Shown: positions 1 through 12,341, counted from the stretch's first letter. The stretch is DNA of 64,000 nt from Atractiella rhizophila (GCA_021432655.1 MU271259.1:44155-108154), one strand, 5' to 3'. The notes: a model not told the origin generated them from the sequence alone. Numbers and translations: made by a program.

Positions 1-98
1 AAGCTAGAGCATTACTTTTGGTAGCCATGACAATCCAGAAATGCAATCTGCGCAGACAAATAAGCTCAGATGTCGCGGTAGAATACGCTGCAAAACTT

Positions 99-3000
99 TG
101 TGACGTTCAGCCTGTTCAATTCGAGCAGGTTTCTGTGCTGTTAACGGATATAGTACAAATGATCACCTATGTTACAGATGTCCGTTGACGATCGCGGTAT
201 AGTTTCTCTCCATCTCTAAATATGAAATATGAAAATGTCATGACCGGAACTCTTTTTCATGAATGAGGAGAGGAAACGACTGTAGGTGAATAGGGAGTGG
301 ATCTGGTTCATCCACACTCGTCACAACGTCCGTGATCTAGCTTCTCCGTCAGTCGTTTTAGAGAAGAGAATATAGATGACACAAACGCGAATGACGCCAT
401 CCGAAGTAACAGCTGGGTCCATCATTGCTATCCGCTGCTTGAAGGCACTGGTGACCGGACCAGGGCTTGATGGTGGGGAGGAATTTAAAAGATAAGCGTA
501 GAGAACGAGTGTGGCCATGGTGTATGTCTTGGTGATGACAAACGTTAAGGTATAGTGGAAGCTTTGAGGAGAATTTAGAATAAGCTTTTGTGGTATTATA
601 AAGACAGACCTCTTCTCCTTTAGCGAACGAGAGTGAGCGTGAGAGACAAAGGATATTGAAGAAATGACGCACCGGCATTGTTTGGACTAGCACCCATCTT
701 GCGATTTGCAAGAGGGTCGGAATGATCATACATTCAAGAGCTAATCGAATCCACTGCACCCAGAATGTTGAGTAAAGGAGTGTGCCGGTAGCGAAGGAAA
801 CGTACTCGATCTATGTAGCTGTTGGTCCTTGCAAAGTCGGCCTTATATGCTTTGAGATTGAAGATGAAGGCTCCGCAGAGAATGACATCTGCCCCGGCTA
901 GTGCAGCGTCTCATGGACTGTCTTGTGTGAGTGAACATGATCTTACCTGCGCTTGCAAGGTAGACGGAGAGAATTGGAGTGAGTTCGGGGAACCATTCGT
1001 AGGGGAACTTGGTTGATAAACGGATGGTGACCAGGACGGCGAATGGGATCTATGAACAGGCATGAGCTTCTCTACAGCAATGAAGCCGAGCCGTACTTGA
1101 AGGACTGATAGGCAAGCAGCGACCACAAGCGCACTATGCCCGTCATGAGTACAGGTGCAAAGAATCACAAGATGCAGGCACCTTTTAGTTATCAGGCTTC
1201 CCGTCTCCACGCCCGAGAGCGCATTGACGATTTGGACGCTGGGCAGCATCTTTAGTATGCTGAAACATAATAAGTGTCGATCGGTTCGGTGGAGCTAAAT
1301 CATACCGTCGAATGTACACGACGTGCGTTGTGACCACAATCGCAGCGTCCGCTGACAAGAAAGGTATTACCTTATTTCCACCAGTCTCAACCCCTGAAAG
1401 GATTTGCAGATCAGCGAGAGACCCACCGAGAGAGGAAGGTGTCTGCTCAAGCTAAGAAGCCCTTCAGTGGTTGGTCTTCTGCTCAGTTCTATCACGAAAT
1501 GCTCCTTTGAGATACTGCCTCCTCCTTAAAAAATGTACTCGAAGTGCCAAGGAGTCTCACCTGTCACAAAGACCACATATTAACAGAAAAGTCAAGACGC
1601 TCCAAACGAAGCGATCTCTCTGCTTTCGTGCCCAGAGTAGCCTGCCGACATAATAACTATGCCTGATGAGTTGAAGTTTTGCGGAGTATGTGACGTTCAG
1701 CCTGTTCAATTCGAGCAGGTTTCTGTGCTGTTAACGGATATAGTACAAATGATCACCTATGTTACAGATGTCCGTTGACGATCGCGGTATAGTTTCTCTC
1801 CATTTCTAAATATGAAAATGTCATGACCGAAACTCTTTTTCATGAATGAGGAGAGGAAACGACTGCAGGTGGATAGGGAGTGTATCTGGTTCATCCACAC
1901 TCGTCACAACGTCCGTGATCTAGCTTCTCCGTCAATCATTTTATAGAGGAGAATATAGATGGACACAAACGCGAATGACGCCATCTGAAGTGACAGCTGG
2001 GTCCATCATTGCTATCCGCTGCTTGAAGGCACTGGTGACCGGACCAGGGCTTGATGGTGGGGAGGAATTTAAAAGATACGCGTAGAGAACGAGTGTGGCC
2101 ATGGTGTATGTCTTGGTGATGACAAATGTTAGGGTATAGTGGAAGCTTTGACGAGAATTTAGAATAAGCTTTTGTGGTATTATAATAAAGACAGACCTCT
2201 TCTCCTGTAGCAAACGAGAGTGAGCGTGAAGATAAAAGATGTTGGAGAAATGACGCACCGGCATTGTTTGGACTAGCACCCATCTTGCAATTTGCAAAAG
2301 GGTCGGAATGATCATACATTCTAGAGCCAATCGAATCCACTGTGACCAGAGTGTTGAGTGAAGAGAGTACAAGGGTGAAGGAAACGTACTCTATCTATGT
2401 AGCTGTTTGTCCTCGCAAAGTCGGCCTTATATGCTTTGAGATTGAAGATGAAGGCTCCACAGAGAATGACATCTGCTCCGGCTAGTGTAGCGTATCATGA
2501 GCTGTTTCGAGTGAGTGAGCATGATCGTACCTGCGCTTGCAAGGTAGACCGAGAGAATTGGGGTGAGTTCGGGGAACCATTCGTAGGGGAACTTGGTTGA
2601 TAAACGGATGGTGACCAGGACGGCGAAGGGGATCTATGAACTGGTATGAGCTTCTCTACAGCAATGAAGCCGAGCCGTACTTGAAGGACTGATAGGCAAG
2701 CAGCGACCACAAGCGCACTGTGCCCATTATGAGTACAGGTGCAAAGAATCACGAGATGCAGGCACCTTTTGGTTATCAGGCTTCCCGTCTCTACGCCCGA
2801 GAGGGCATTGACGATTTGGACGCTGGGTAGCATCTTTAGTATGCTGAAACACAGTAAGCGTCGATCGGTTCGGAGGAGCTAAATCGTACCGTCGAATGTA
2901 CACGACGTGTGTTGTGACCACAATCGCAGCGTCCGCTGACAGGAAAGGTATTACCTTATTTCCAGTCTCAACCTCTGAAAGGATTTGCAGATCAGCGAGA

Positions 3001-3269
3001 GACCCACCGAGAGGGGAAGGTGTCTGCTCAAGCTAAGAAGCCCTTCAGTGGTTGGTCTTCTGCTCAGTTCTATCACGAAATGCTCCTTTGAGATACTGCC
3101 TCCTCCTTAAAAAATGTACTCGAAGTGCCAAGGAGTCTCACCTGTCACAAAGACCACATATTAACAGAAAAGTCAAGACGCTCCAAACGAAGCGATCTCT
3201 CTGCTTTCGTGCCCAGAGTAGCCTGCCGACATAATAACTATGCCTGATGAGTTGAAGTTTTGCGGAGTA
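99..3269. repeat. Tandem duplication, units 99-1688 and 1689-3269
   Basis: tgtgacgttcagcctgttcaattcg starts at 99 and 1689; both units end ...gaagttttgcggagta. Ends are identical; the middle has many substitutions and small indels. Confidence 0.95.
167..1688 (-). pseudogene. 5'-truncated second copy (or other allele) of the DUF6534-like membrane protein gene; begins inside intron 2
   Basis: Same exons as the 1757-3459 gene from exon 3 onward, but no ATG, exon 1 or exon 2 inside the unit. 3' end approximate. Confidence 0.6.
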
Positions 3270-3459
3270 GGATTGAAGTCTTACAACTGAGCCAGATTTA
3301 TTCCGAGGAGAGCATTGGAGACATGGCTTGCGATGACAATGGGCAAGACCTGCTGGTCATAGACCTATGAATCCAGTTAACCTGGTAAAGGGGAGAACGT
3401 CGCTTGATGCCTACCTCTGCTGTAGTAGGAATGAAACCTGCAGGCGAGCTGCCTGACAT
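1757..3459 (-). CDS. Multi-exon multi-pass membrane protein, DUF6534-like (basidiomycete family)
   Basis: Manual GT-AG splicing gives MSGSSPAGFIPTTAE|VYDQQVLPIVIASHVSNALLGINLAQ|FYYVGRLLWARKQRDRFVWSVLTFLLICGLCD...AAIVVTTHVVYIRRILKM...IPFAVLVTIRL...VYLASAAGADVILCGAFIFNLKAYKADFARTNSYIDRWIRLALECMIIPTLLQIARWVLVQTMP|EKS|FHYTLTFVITKTYTMATL. This resembles the D..I..L....F..T...I.R.IR...E...KxY pattern of DUF6534. Some internal exons and the 3' end are unresolved. Confidence 0.7.
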
Positions 3460-5437
3460 TTTTGGGGGGGACCGAGGCTGTTGTCTATCGAGCGTTTTCC
3501 TTTTGACGGTGGACTTTTCCTTACGTACTGAGGAGATCGCTTTTTGCCGGGTCATTCCCTGCAGCACGAAGGGATCATTGAATCATTTCTCGGTGGTGAA
3601 GCTTTTGTGATTGTGCGAGGAAGTTAAGGGGAGGTTGTAGCGACACATTTTTGTTCACATGTGCACTGAATGAGTACGTGACGAAATGAAACCTTGCGCT
3701 TGATTAGCTTGATTGGTGTCAAATCCGACGAGTTTAAACGAGATATCTCTGTCGTCATGGCCACTACTTATTGTTCTACGGTCTGGCTAAGCAAGTGTTG
3801 GACAGGGATCAACCTACTGCACCAAGCAAAAAGATGGAATTCCAATTTGGCAAGCTCACGTCCCCAGGTGTGCACATTGGAATCACCATGAAGCTCTCCA
3901 AGCTCCAAGGTTTCAGACGACCGAGGCGGCAAAGTGACCTTACTAATGGACAGGACCGTATCTCTACTGGACCCCCGCAATCGGTCGCTGTCAAAAGCGC
4001 TGAAGCAGCAATATTCACGCGCTCAGGCTCAGGCTCATGCACCGACTCCTCAAGATTCCGGAGCGAGGTTGCGTAAGGTTAAAATGGGAAGTATTTCTAT
4101 TGCTGTACCTTTTGGGAGTTACGCCACAGGTTTTGCAGAAAGGGTTGATATTCTCAGGCTGCCAATTTATCACAACTTAGCGCGTCGAACCACATCAGTC
4201 TTGAGAAGCTGCTTCACAATCGCATCAGCAGAACCTGCGGGATCCTGTTGTACCATGAGATGCGTAACACCTTCCTTTGCTCGATCCACACCTGTCACAA
4301 AGACCACATATTAACAGAAAAGTCAAGACGCTCCAAACGAAGCGATCTCTCTGCTTTCGTGCCCAGAGTAGCCTGCCGACATAATAACTATGCCTGATGA
4401 GTTGAAGTTTTGCGGAGTAGGATTGAAGTCTTACAACTGAGCCAGATTTATTCCAAGGAGAGCATTGGAGACATGGCTTGCGATGACAATGGGCAAGACC
4501 TGCTGGTCATAGACCTATGAATCCAGTTAACCTGGTAAAGGGGAGAACGTCGCTTGATGCCTACCTCTGCTGTAGTAGGAATGAAACCTGCAGGCGAGCT
4601 GCCTGACATTTTTGGGGGGGACCGAGGCTGTTGTCTATCGAGCGTTTTCCTTTTGACGGTGGACTTTTCCTTACGTACTGAGGAGATCGCTTTTTGCCGG
4701 GTCATTCCCTGCAGCACGAAGGGATCATTGAATCATTTCTCGGTGGTGAAGCTTTTGTGATTGTGCGAGGAAGTTAAGGGGAGGTTGTAGCGACACATTT
4801 TTGTTCACATGTGCACTGAATGAGTACGTGACGAAATGAAACCTTGCGCTTGATTAGCTTGATTGGTGTCAAATCCGACGAGTTTAAACGAGATATCTCT
4901 GTCGTCATGGCCACTACTTATTGTTCTACGGTCTGGCTAAGCAAGTGTTGGACAGGGATCAACCTACTGCACCAAGCAAAAAGATGGAATTCCAATTTGG
5001 CAAGCTCACGTCCCCAGGTGTGCACATTGGAATCACCATGAAGCTCTCCAAGCTCCAAGGTTTCAGACGACCGAGGCGGCAAAGTGACCTTACTAATGGA
5101 CAGGACCGTATCTCTACTGGACCCCCGCAATCGGTCGCTGTCAAAAGCGCTGAAGCAGCAATATTCACGCGCTCAGGCTCAGGCTCATGCACCGACTCCT
5201 CAAGATTCCGGAGCGAGGTTGCGTAAGGTTAAAATGGGAAGTATTTCTATTGCTGTACCTTTTGGGAGTTACGCCACAGGTTTTGCAGAAAGGGTTGATA
5301 TTCTCAGGCTGCCAATTTATCACAACTTAGCGCGTCGAACCACATCAGTCTTGAGAAGCTGCTTCACAATCGCATCAGCAGAACCTGCGGGATCCTGTTG
5401 TACCATGAGATGCGTAACACCTTCCTTTGCTCGATCC
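3139..5437. repeat. Near-perfect 1150-bp tandem duplication (3139-4288 / 4289-5437)
   Basis: cacctgtcacaaagacc at 3139 and 4289; ORF track repeats with offset 1150; the only difference I saw is 3305 G vs 4455 A. Confidence 0.95.
4292..4609 (-). pseudogene. Duplicated exons 1-3 of the DUF6534-like gene
   Basis: ATG at 4609; identical to 3142-3459 except one synonymous change; ends at the exon-3 donor at the duplication junction. Confidence 0.6.
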
Positions 5438-6749
5438 CAGGATGCGTTTCCGAGCATCTTCAAGACTGCCTCGTTCTTGGAGTCAGGCTGCACTCCCTTA
5501 CCCGCATCTGCGAAATGAATATGAACACGAGAAGCAACCGGAGCGCGAAAGAAATCATCGGAAACAGCTCCAATGCGGTTGTAGCGATCTACGTATGTTA
5601 ACTGCGGATGGACTCTGTCAGAGCTAACTTGAGCAGGAGCAAGCGTACCGCTTCATTCTCTCTTTTGCACTTCAACGACCCATCCTTCTTAATTGCATGT
5701 TGACAATAAAGATTCTGAGCTGCAGGATCCCATTGTTTGTAGAGAGGCTTCGAAAGTAATGAGCTGCGAGCTTCCTCAGCACTGTTCCAGCGGTCTTTTC
5801 GTTTCAATCCTCCTAGAGTCCACTTGGCATTGTTCTCGAGATTTCTAGGACCAGTCGTAATCATGGGGTCGAAAAGAATCACTCGTTCGAAGAGATGAGG
5901 AAGCATTGAAGCTGCGGCAGATTGAGCTGTCCCTCCCGCACTGTGGCCAATTAAGGCGATTTGATGACCGCGTAGGCGACCCTGAAGATTTTGAACCTTT
6001 TCATCCCTCAAGTTTATCGTGCCGCTGCACTGGGGAGAGAGCAAGAAAGGATCATCCGTTGAAGGACTCAGATCAGATCCTGACGGGGGAAGGTAACGAA
6101 GAATGAATTGGACTATGTCACGTCCAGAGTCAATCCAATCGTCTGTGCAAGAATTCATAGTCAGCTGACAGTTCGCCGTCATGGAAGCTGCCTACAGACG
6201 TCGCCTATTCGTCCGTCATTCAAAACGGCTGAATCCCCGTGTAGAATGTGGTCCAAACACCATATTTCTCGTATCTTCAACGACTTCTGCTCGAAAAGAC
6301 GAGAAATCACAGGTTCCCATGTCTATAAACAGGTAAGTATCTACCCAGCAATTTTGATAAAGAGAAATAACCTCTTTATGCAGACTGCTGGCATGAGCAA
6401 GTACCAATGTGTATCCATCCGGTTCGAACTCGTTCTTCCAGTACCTGTTGGCAGCGATCCACAATCCCTCTTCATTAAAACGGTCTTCTTCCGACCTCGG
6501 CTTCTCTCGCTCCAAAGTATCTATCATCCCACTCAATTCCTTCTTCGCATCTCCAACACCCCTCCAGTGAAATAATGCTTGGTCGCATTCTCCGTCGAGA
6601 GGACGGGCACCACGATTCCGCGTACGCGGGTAAGCAGCAGGGAAGGCATGAGTGGTGACCTTCCAATTCGGTACACCGTCCCGCGATCGAGGTTGAATGG
6701 GAGGAAGCGGAAAGCTCGGTGGAGGGGATGGGTACAATGAGAGCGGCAT
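5320..6749 (-). CDS. Alpha/beta-hydrolase (Lpx1-like) with C-terminal PTS1 (AKL)
   Basis: LVLAHASSLHKE|TWEP, IWCLDHILHGDSAVLN, nucleophile elbow GHSAGG, ILFDP, HLMVQQDP; ends ...DVVRRAKL-TGA at 5320. Confidence 0.85.
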
Positions 6750-7233
6750 GTTTCTTGATTTACTTGAGTTGTGTATACATCCCAAGTTTCTCGTTTTCTT
6801 GAACTAATAGAAAGAAGTTCGGTGCCCTTTTAAAGGTTCACGAGCACTGATAATCCCCGTGCGCGATTGATGTCTGAGTCGCGGATGCTTTTTTAGACGG
6901 ACTTACTCACCGACTTGACTTCACGGGACCATCAGACGGAGGCGTAAGGCAGAGTAGAGTAACAAGGAGGGCTATGACGCAACGGATAGAACGAGTAGAA
7001 GGTCGGCTCATGCTAAGATTGCATTAACAATTAACAACACCGTCACGTTAGATGTGGAAGGCTGAACGCGGTGTGTTGTCATTGCAGCTGTTTTGAATAA
7101 AGTAGCGGATCATTCCTAAATATACAAGGGGTACCAAAGCTTTGATTATACCCCCACAAGAAGAGTCAACTATGAACGAACGACGGCGAAGCACAAACCA
7201 CAGAAACTACACATCCTCTACTCCTCGTCCTGG

Positions 7234-10194
7234 CTACCGTCGTTCGACCTCGTTGCTCGCTACCGCCCCTGGTTGGGGCTCAGGGATGCCACCACTTCCG
7301 CCGCCCTCAATGCCTTCTCCAAGCGGAGAATGCTCAGGATTTGTATCCTCCGCTCCTTGCCCAGGAATTCCTACCGGCCCCTTCCCAGTTGAACCCCCTC
7401 CTCCAAGAGTCAGGCCCTTCTTCAGAGACTCGTCATACTTGTCCTCCCACTCTCTCTTCCCCAGAATTTCCTCCAGATCAGGGCGAGTCAACACCTCTCG
7501 CTGTAGCAGTCGCTGAGCAAGAGCTTCGACAAGCTCCTTTTTCTCTAATATCAGATCCGTTGTCTGCTTGTGGGCATCCATGATCATCTTTAACACTTCG
7601 GAGTCGAGAGTTTCGGCCGTTTTTTCCGAGAAGGGTTTCGTGAAACCGGAGTCTTCCTTCAAACGATGATAAGAGAGAGGTCCTATGGTTTTGTTCATTC
7701 CATCTGTGCCGAACATCAGATGGAGGCCACTTCAGCTCAGGAGCGGGGGAAAGACTCACAGTTGGAGCAAATCTCAAACGCCATGCGGGTGATTTTTGAC
7801 AAATCGTCCTGTGCGCCAGTCGTGATTCGCCCGAAAAAGACCTCCTCCGCCACTCGACCTCCAAGCGTGACGCACATGCGATCCGTGAGTTGTTCTGTAG
7901 TGTAAAGGAAGCGTTCTTCTGGGAGGTAAGAAGCATAACCGAGAGCACCGGGACCGCGCGGGATGATAGAGACCTGGGGTAAAGCAATTATCAGCTATTA
8001 AGGCCATGAGGGATGGAAGGACAGAGTGACATACCTTCAACAGTGGATCCGCATTTCTCAGAAACCATCCGACAACAGCATGGCCAGCTTCGTGATATGC
8101 GACCGTCTTCTTCTCCTCCGCGCTCAACACACGACTCTTCTTCTCCAGCCCAATCTGCACCCGCTCCAATGCCATTTCAAAATGCTTTTCCTGCACCCAC
8201 GTCTCTCCCAACCGAGCACAGATGAGTGCCGCCTCGTTACAGACGTTCGCGATATCGGCTCCCGAGAATCCCGAGGTGTGGGTGGCCAGTTTGGCAATGA
8301 GGTTATTGAGAGACTCAGGGAGGGGGAAATCGAATAAGTTTGGAATTCGATCCTCGAACTCGCCACTATTGTCTTCCTCTTCTTCCTCATCCTTCTTTTG
8401 AGCCTTTTTCTCCGGCTTCTTGCCAGTAATCATCTCCTCCGCTGTCTTCCCGTCTTCGGTCAACACCAAATTCCTGAGGTGGACGACGAAAATGTCCCTT
8501 CTCCCCTTCACATCCGGTCGATCGACTTCGATCCTTCTATCGAACCGTCCGGGTCGTAGAAGAGCCTTATCTAGCACGTCTGGACGATTGGTACCGGCGA
8601 GAACAACGACATGTTCATCCGTCCCAAATCCGTCCATCTCTACCAAAAGCTGGTTAAGCGTAGATTCACGCTCATCGTTTCCGCCAGAGAACTGAGAGTT
8701 CTTTCCCCTCGCGCGGCCGATCGCGTCGATCTCGTCGATAAAGATGATGGATGGAGAGTGTTTCTTGGCGGTCGCGAATAGGTCACGAACTCTTGAGGCT
8801 CCAACACCAACAAACATCTCGATGAACTCAGAGCCAGACACAGTGAGGAAAGGAACGCCGGCCTCTCCAGCAGTAGCCTTGGCAAGTAAGGTCTTACCTG
8901 TACCTGGTGGGCCGGAGAGGATGGCGCCTTTGGGAATCTTTGCGCCCAGCTTCTGATATTTCTCCGGCTCTTTCAGGAAGGTGACGAACTCCAAGATCTC
9001 CGTTTTGGCTTCATCCATCCCTGCCACATCCTTAAACCTAGTCTTTACGCGATTATCTTGCGTAAAGAGCTTCGCCTTGCTCTTCCCAACGTTGAATATC
9101 CCACCGGGTCCACCGCCAAACGAGCTGCCACGTTTAGAGGAGGAACCTCCAAAGGGACCCATGCCACTAGATACTTTTCGGATGGAGTAGATGAGGAAAC
9201 CGGTGAGGAGGACAGAAGGTAGGAAGCTGACGAGGGAGCGCATGAGGCCTCCTTCTTCCGCATAGATGACCGGGACTCGAGCGGAGAGAGGGATGTTGAG
9301 TTCATTCTGCGCCTGATCGAGCTTCCGCTCGAAGGCTTCGACGGAGCCGATGGTGAAGTAATAGACCGTGTTGGGATTCGCAGAGCCTGAGGAGAATGCA
9401 CCTGGGCGACTGGGAGATGAAGAAGTTGGATTCCCAGCTGCGTCGGTGAATGTCCCGGTGTCCGTTGAGGAGGGGTACATGGTCCCGGTGGCGTTTGAGT
9501 GGAGATTGACGCGGACGATGGAGCGGTTGACAACGGTAAGCTTGTCGACTAGACCTTTGGCTAGGAGGGCGGTGTAGAACTCCTGCCATGTTATCTCTCT
9601 CGTTTGGAAAGGAAGATTGGGCGACATCTGGAAGAAGAAGTAGAGACCAATTCCCATAAAGATGAGCTGCATCGCATCGAAGGCTGGTCGTTCTGGGCCT
9701 TTCTTCCCACCAGAGCCTTTCGATCCTTCACTCTTGAAGAAATTCTGTATCATCGCCATGACGTCCTCCTCTTCCTCCTCGTCCTTTTTCTTCCTCTCCT
9801 TTTCCACCTTTTTCGTTCCCTCCTTCTTAACCTCTCCACTCTCACCCTCTTCCACCTCCTTTGCCTTCTTCGACTCACTAATTTTCTGCGTCCCAGACCC
9901 AGAACCAAAGAAACCCTTTAACGCCTCCTTAGACTCCTTCTCCAAATTCCTCTGTTTTTCCTCCATCCCCTCAGGCGTCTGACTGGTCTTCCCATTTACG
10001 CCCTCCTCCGCTTTCTTGCCATTTCCTCCGTCAGGTTCCGAGGAGGTCGCATATCTCCTGACTCCACGCACCGTTCTAGCTGCAGGCGGAAGGCGAGAAA
10101 TAGAGAGTGTGCGCGAAAAACTCGAACTTGGTGTCGTGTGAGAAATTCGTGTTTGGGCGAGGCGAGAAGCGCGAGAAAGTGTCCGTGGGATCAT
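7234..10194 (-). CDS. AFG3: Mitochondrial m-AAA protease subunit (AFG3/YTA12 type, FtsH/peptidase M41)
   Basis: Arg/Ser-rich presequence, two TM segments, Walker A GPPGTGKT, Walker [30 protein letters not shown], zinc motif HEAGH; two 3' introns. Confidence 0.93.
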
Positions 10195-10634
10195 GGCCTG
10201 GGAGTAAGGAGTTGTTTGAGGAAAAGGCAGAGGTGATGAATGTTTTTATGCAGTCTCTGAGTGCCGCGATTCGCGGATTGATGACGAGTTTGAGTCGCCA
10301 CTTCCGGCCGCATTATTCCTCCGCGCATTTCACACTCTCACTGTGCCTTACTTGTTGCTGGTTCGAAGGACAAAATGCAAAGGATGGGTTTTATGATTTT
10401 ATGATTGCACGATGCATAAAGAATTTAACGAGGGAAAGGGAAACAGAAAATCCACCAAAGCGACAGAACAGGAGAGAATTGCGCATGTCCATGAGCGCAA
10501 ACCCGAGTTGAGTCCAAAATGAAATCGTTAGACTATAGCAGGAGAAGGAAGGAGACTGAGAGGGACTGAAAGAGAGGTGAATGGTGCAGAAGGAATCAAG
10601 AAGCGATTAGGAAACGTTTGCTGGAGGAAGACGA

Positions 10635-11940
10635 TCACTTGATGTGCTTGAGCCTGTTGGTATTCCTAATGATGTCGTTATCCAACCTATCAGTCTTATC
10701 TGCGATCCTCTGCAGCTTCTGGTTCTGCGCATCCACTTCTTCTCCAGCGGCCATAGCGAGGACCTTGAGCCTTCCAGCAAGGTCTCCAATCTCATTAAGG
10801 TTATCATCCAATTCGTTCTCCACCTCTTCATCGCTCTCCGTCGCCTCAAACTGATACCTGCTCCTCTCCGCCAGGTTCTTTCCTCTTCCGCTCCCCTGTC
10901 CACGACTGCCAATCTCATCCGCGCCTTTAAACCCGCCGGTGATACGAGACCTCGATTCCGCCAGCTGCCGTCTGTTGTCCTCTCGCTCAGCTTTTTCGTC
11001 CATGTGGCGAGCGATGATTCTGGCTTCTTCGGCGTCCCTCTTAGCCTGTTTGTTCACGGTGAACGTGGGACGGAAGATGGAGCGGTTGAGAGCCTTCAGC
11101 TCTTTCGCTTCGTCTTCAGCCCTCAGATTATGCGCACGGGAAAGGTCCAGGTTGCGCTCCGTATTTGCGATCCTCTCTGTTCATCGTGATCCTCACGTCA
11201 ACATCAAACGTCTTCAGAAGGAGGTGGAGGACGAACCGCTCTGATCACCCAATTTCCCTAGAGTGGCCCTAGCGGTCTCCTCCGCTTCCCTAGCAATCCT
11301 CAGCGCGTTTCTCGTCGAGCTCAAGGACTCCTGTTTTGTGAATTTGATCTGCTGCTTGATAGCATCAACTTCATCGTCTTCGTCTTGCATCTGCCCATCT
11401 CCTCCACTACCACCTCCATAGGAGTTCCCGCCGCCATAAGAATTGGAAGATCCGGAATATCCAGAATCAGAGCGATCAAAATCAGCACCAAAGTTCTTAG
11501 AGGGAGCTTTGGCGCCAGCGAACAGGTTGGCGCGCGCATCTTCCTCCTGTTGTTGGTAGCGACCACCGCCGCTGCCAGGGAAACGGCCCGATCCTCCATC
11601 CCTCCCACCGCTTCCACCGTTCCCATATCCTCCCTGAGAACCGCCATACCCACCAGATCGACCTTGGCTCCCGTACCCTCCTTGGTTTCCTCCATACCCT
11701 CCCTGGCTCTGCTGTCCATATCCACCGCCTCCGTAGCCTCCTTGAGACTGACCTTGTTGACCGTATCCGGAATTTCCAGAGCGGTATGATGAGGAAGAAT
11801 CGTATCTGTTCGTTGGAGGTGGAGTGTTGGAAGAGGCAACGGGAGGGATTTCCTCTTTCTTTTTGCGGTCGAAAAGTCCCCTGCATCGAGGTCTCATCAG
11901 TACGCCAACTCAATTGCCAAAGACCGCGGAAAACTCACAT
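10635..11940 (-). CDS. SEC9: Plasma-membrane t-SNARE Sec9 (SNAP-25-like)
   Basis: G/Y/Q-rich N-terminus; IKQQIKFTKQESLSSTRNALRIA; HIFRPTF region; second SNARE ELDDNLNEIGDLAGRLKVLAMAAGEEVDAQNQKLQRI; start AT|G split by an intron. Confidence 0.92.
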
Positions 11941-12341
11941 GTTGCTACTTTGGTTGTGCTATGTAGGAAGAGCTTTACTCTGAAGGATGTAGGAGATCTT
12001 GCCTGGCTCACAGAGCTGGTTCGTCGTTTGGATGCTGTCCTGTGAGAGCGATTGTCACTGTTTGTTCTTCTTAATTCCACTGAACTCACTGAACCTTAAC
12101 GTGACTTACCAAAATCTGAGAAGTTTTATGCGCGTCGAGTCGCTGCTGTAATTTCTTCGCGTTCCCTCTGGAGCAACTCATCCTCAAGCACGCGGCCAGG
12201 TAATCCGTCTCTCCGTCTGACAAACCGCAGTCGAGATCGAGGTTCGGTGGCGCGTCGCTTGGTTTGACTTGCTCGCCTGACTGCAATCAAGTCACTTCAG
12301 TTTTTTCGCCGTCGTTAAATTCCAACAAGGTCAAGGTCAAC

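Noticed and set aside
99..325. Solo-LTR-like segment TGTGACG...CGTCACA (also 1689-1908)
   Set aside because: No target-site duplication, no gag/pol nearby, and it overlaps the predicted 3' exons of the membrane gene.
3143..3285. TGT...ACA segment present three times (1562, 3143, 4293), resembling an LTR
   Set aside because: It is exon 3 plus intron 2 of the membrane gene; the triplication is the overlap of the two tandem duplications.
3305..4455. TCG-to-TTG change as RIP-like mutation between duplicates
   Set aside because: Single site, and also a synonymous codon change; differences in the other duplication go in both directions.
7142..11839. Many long antisense or alternate-frame ORFs over AFG3 and SEC9 (and elsewhere)
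   Set aside because: Shadows of GC-rich coding sequence; no independent coding signal.
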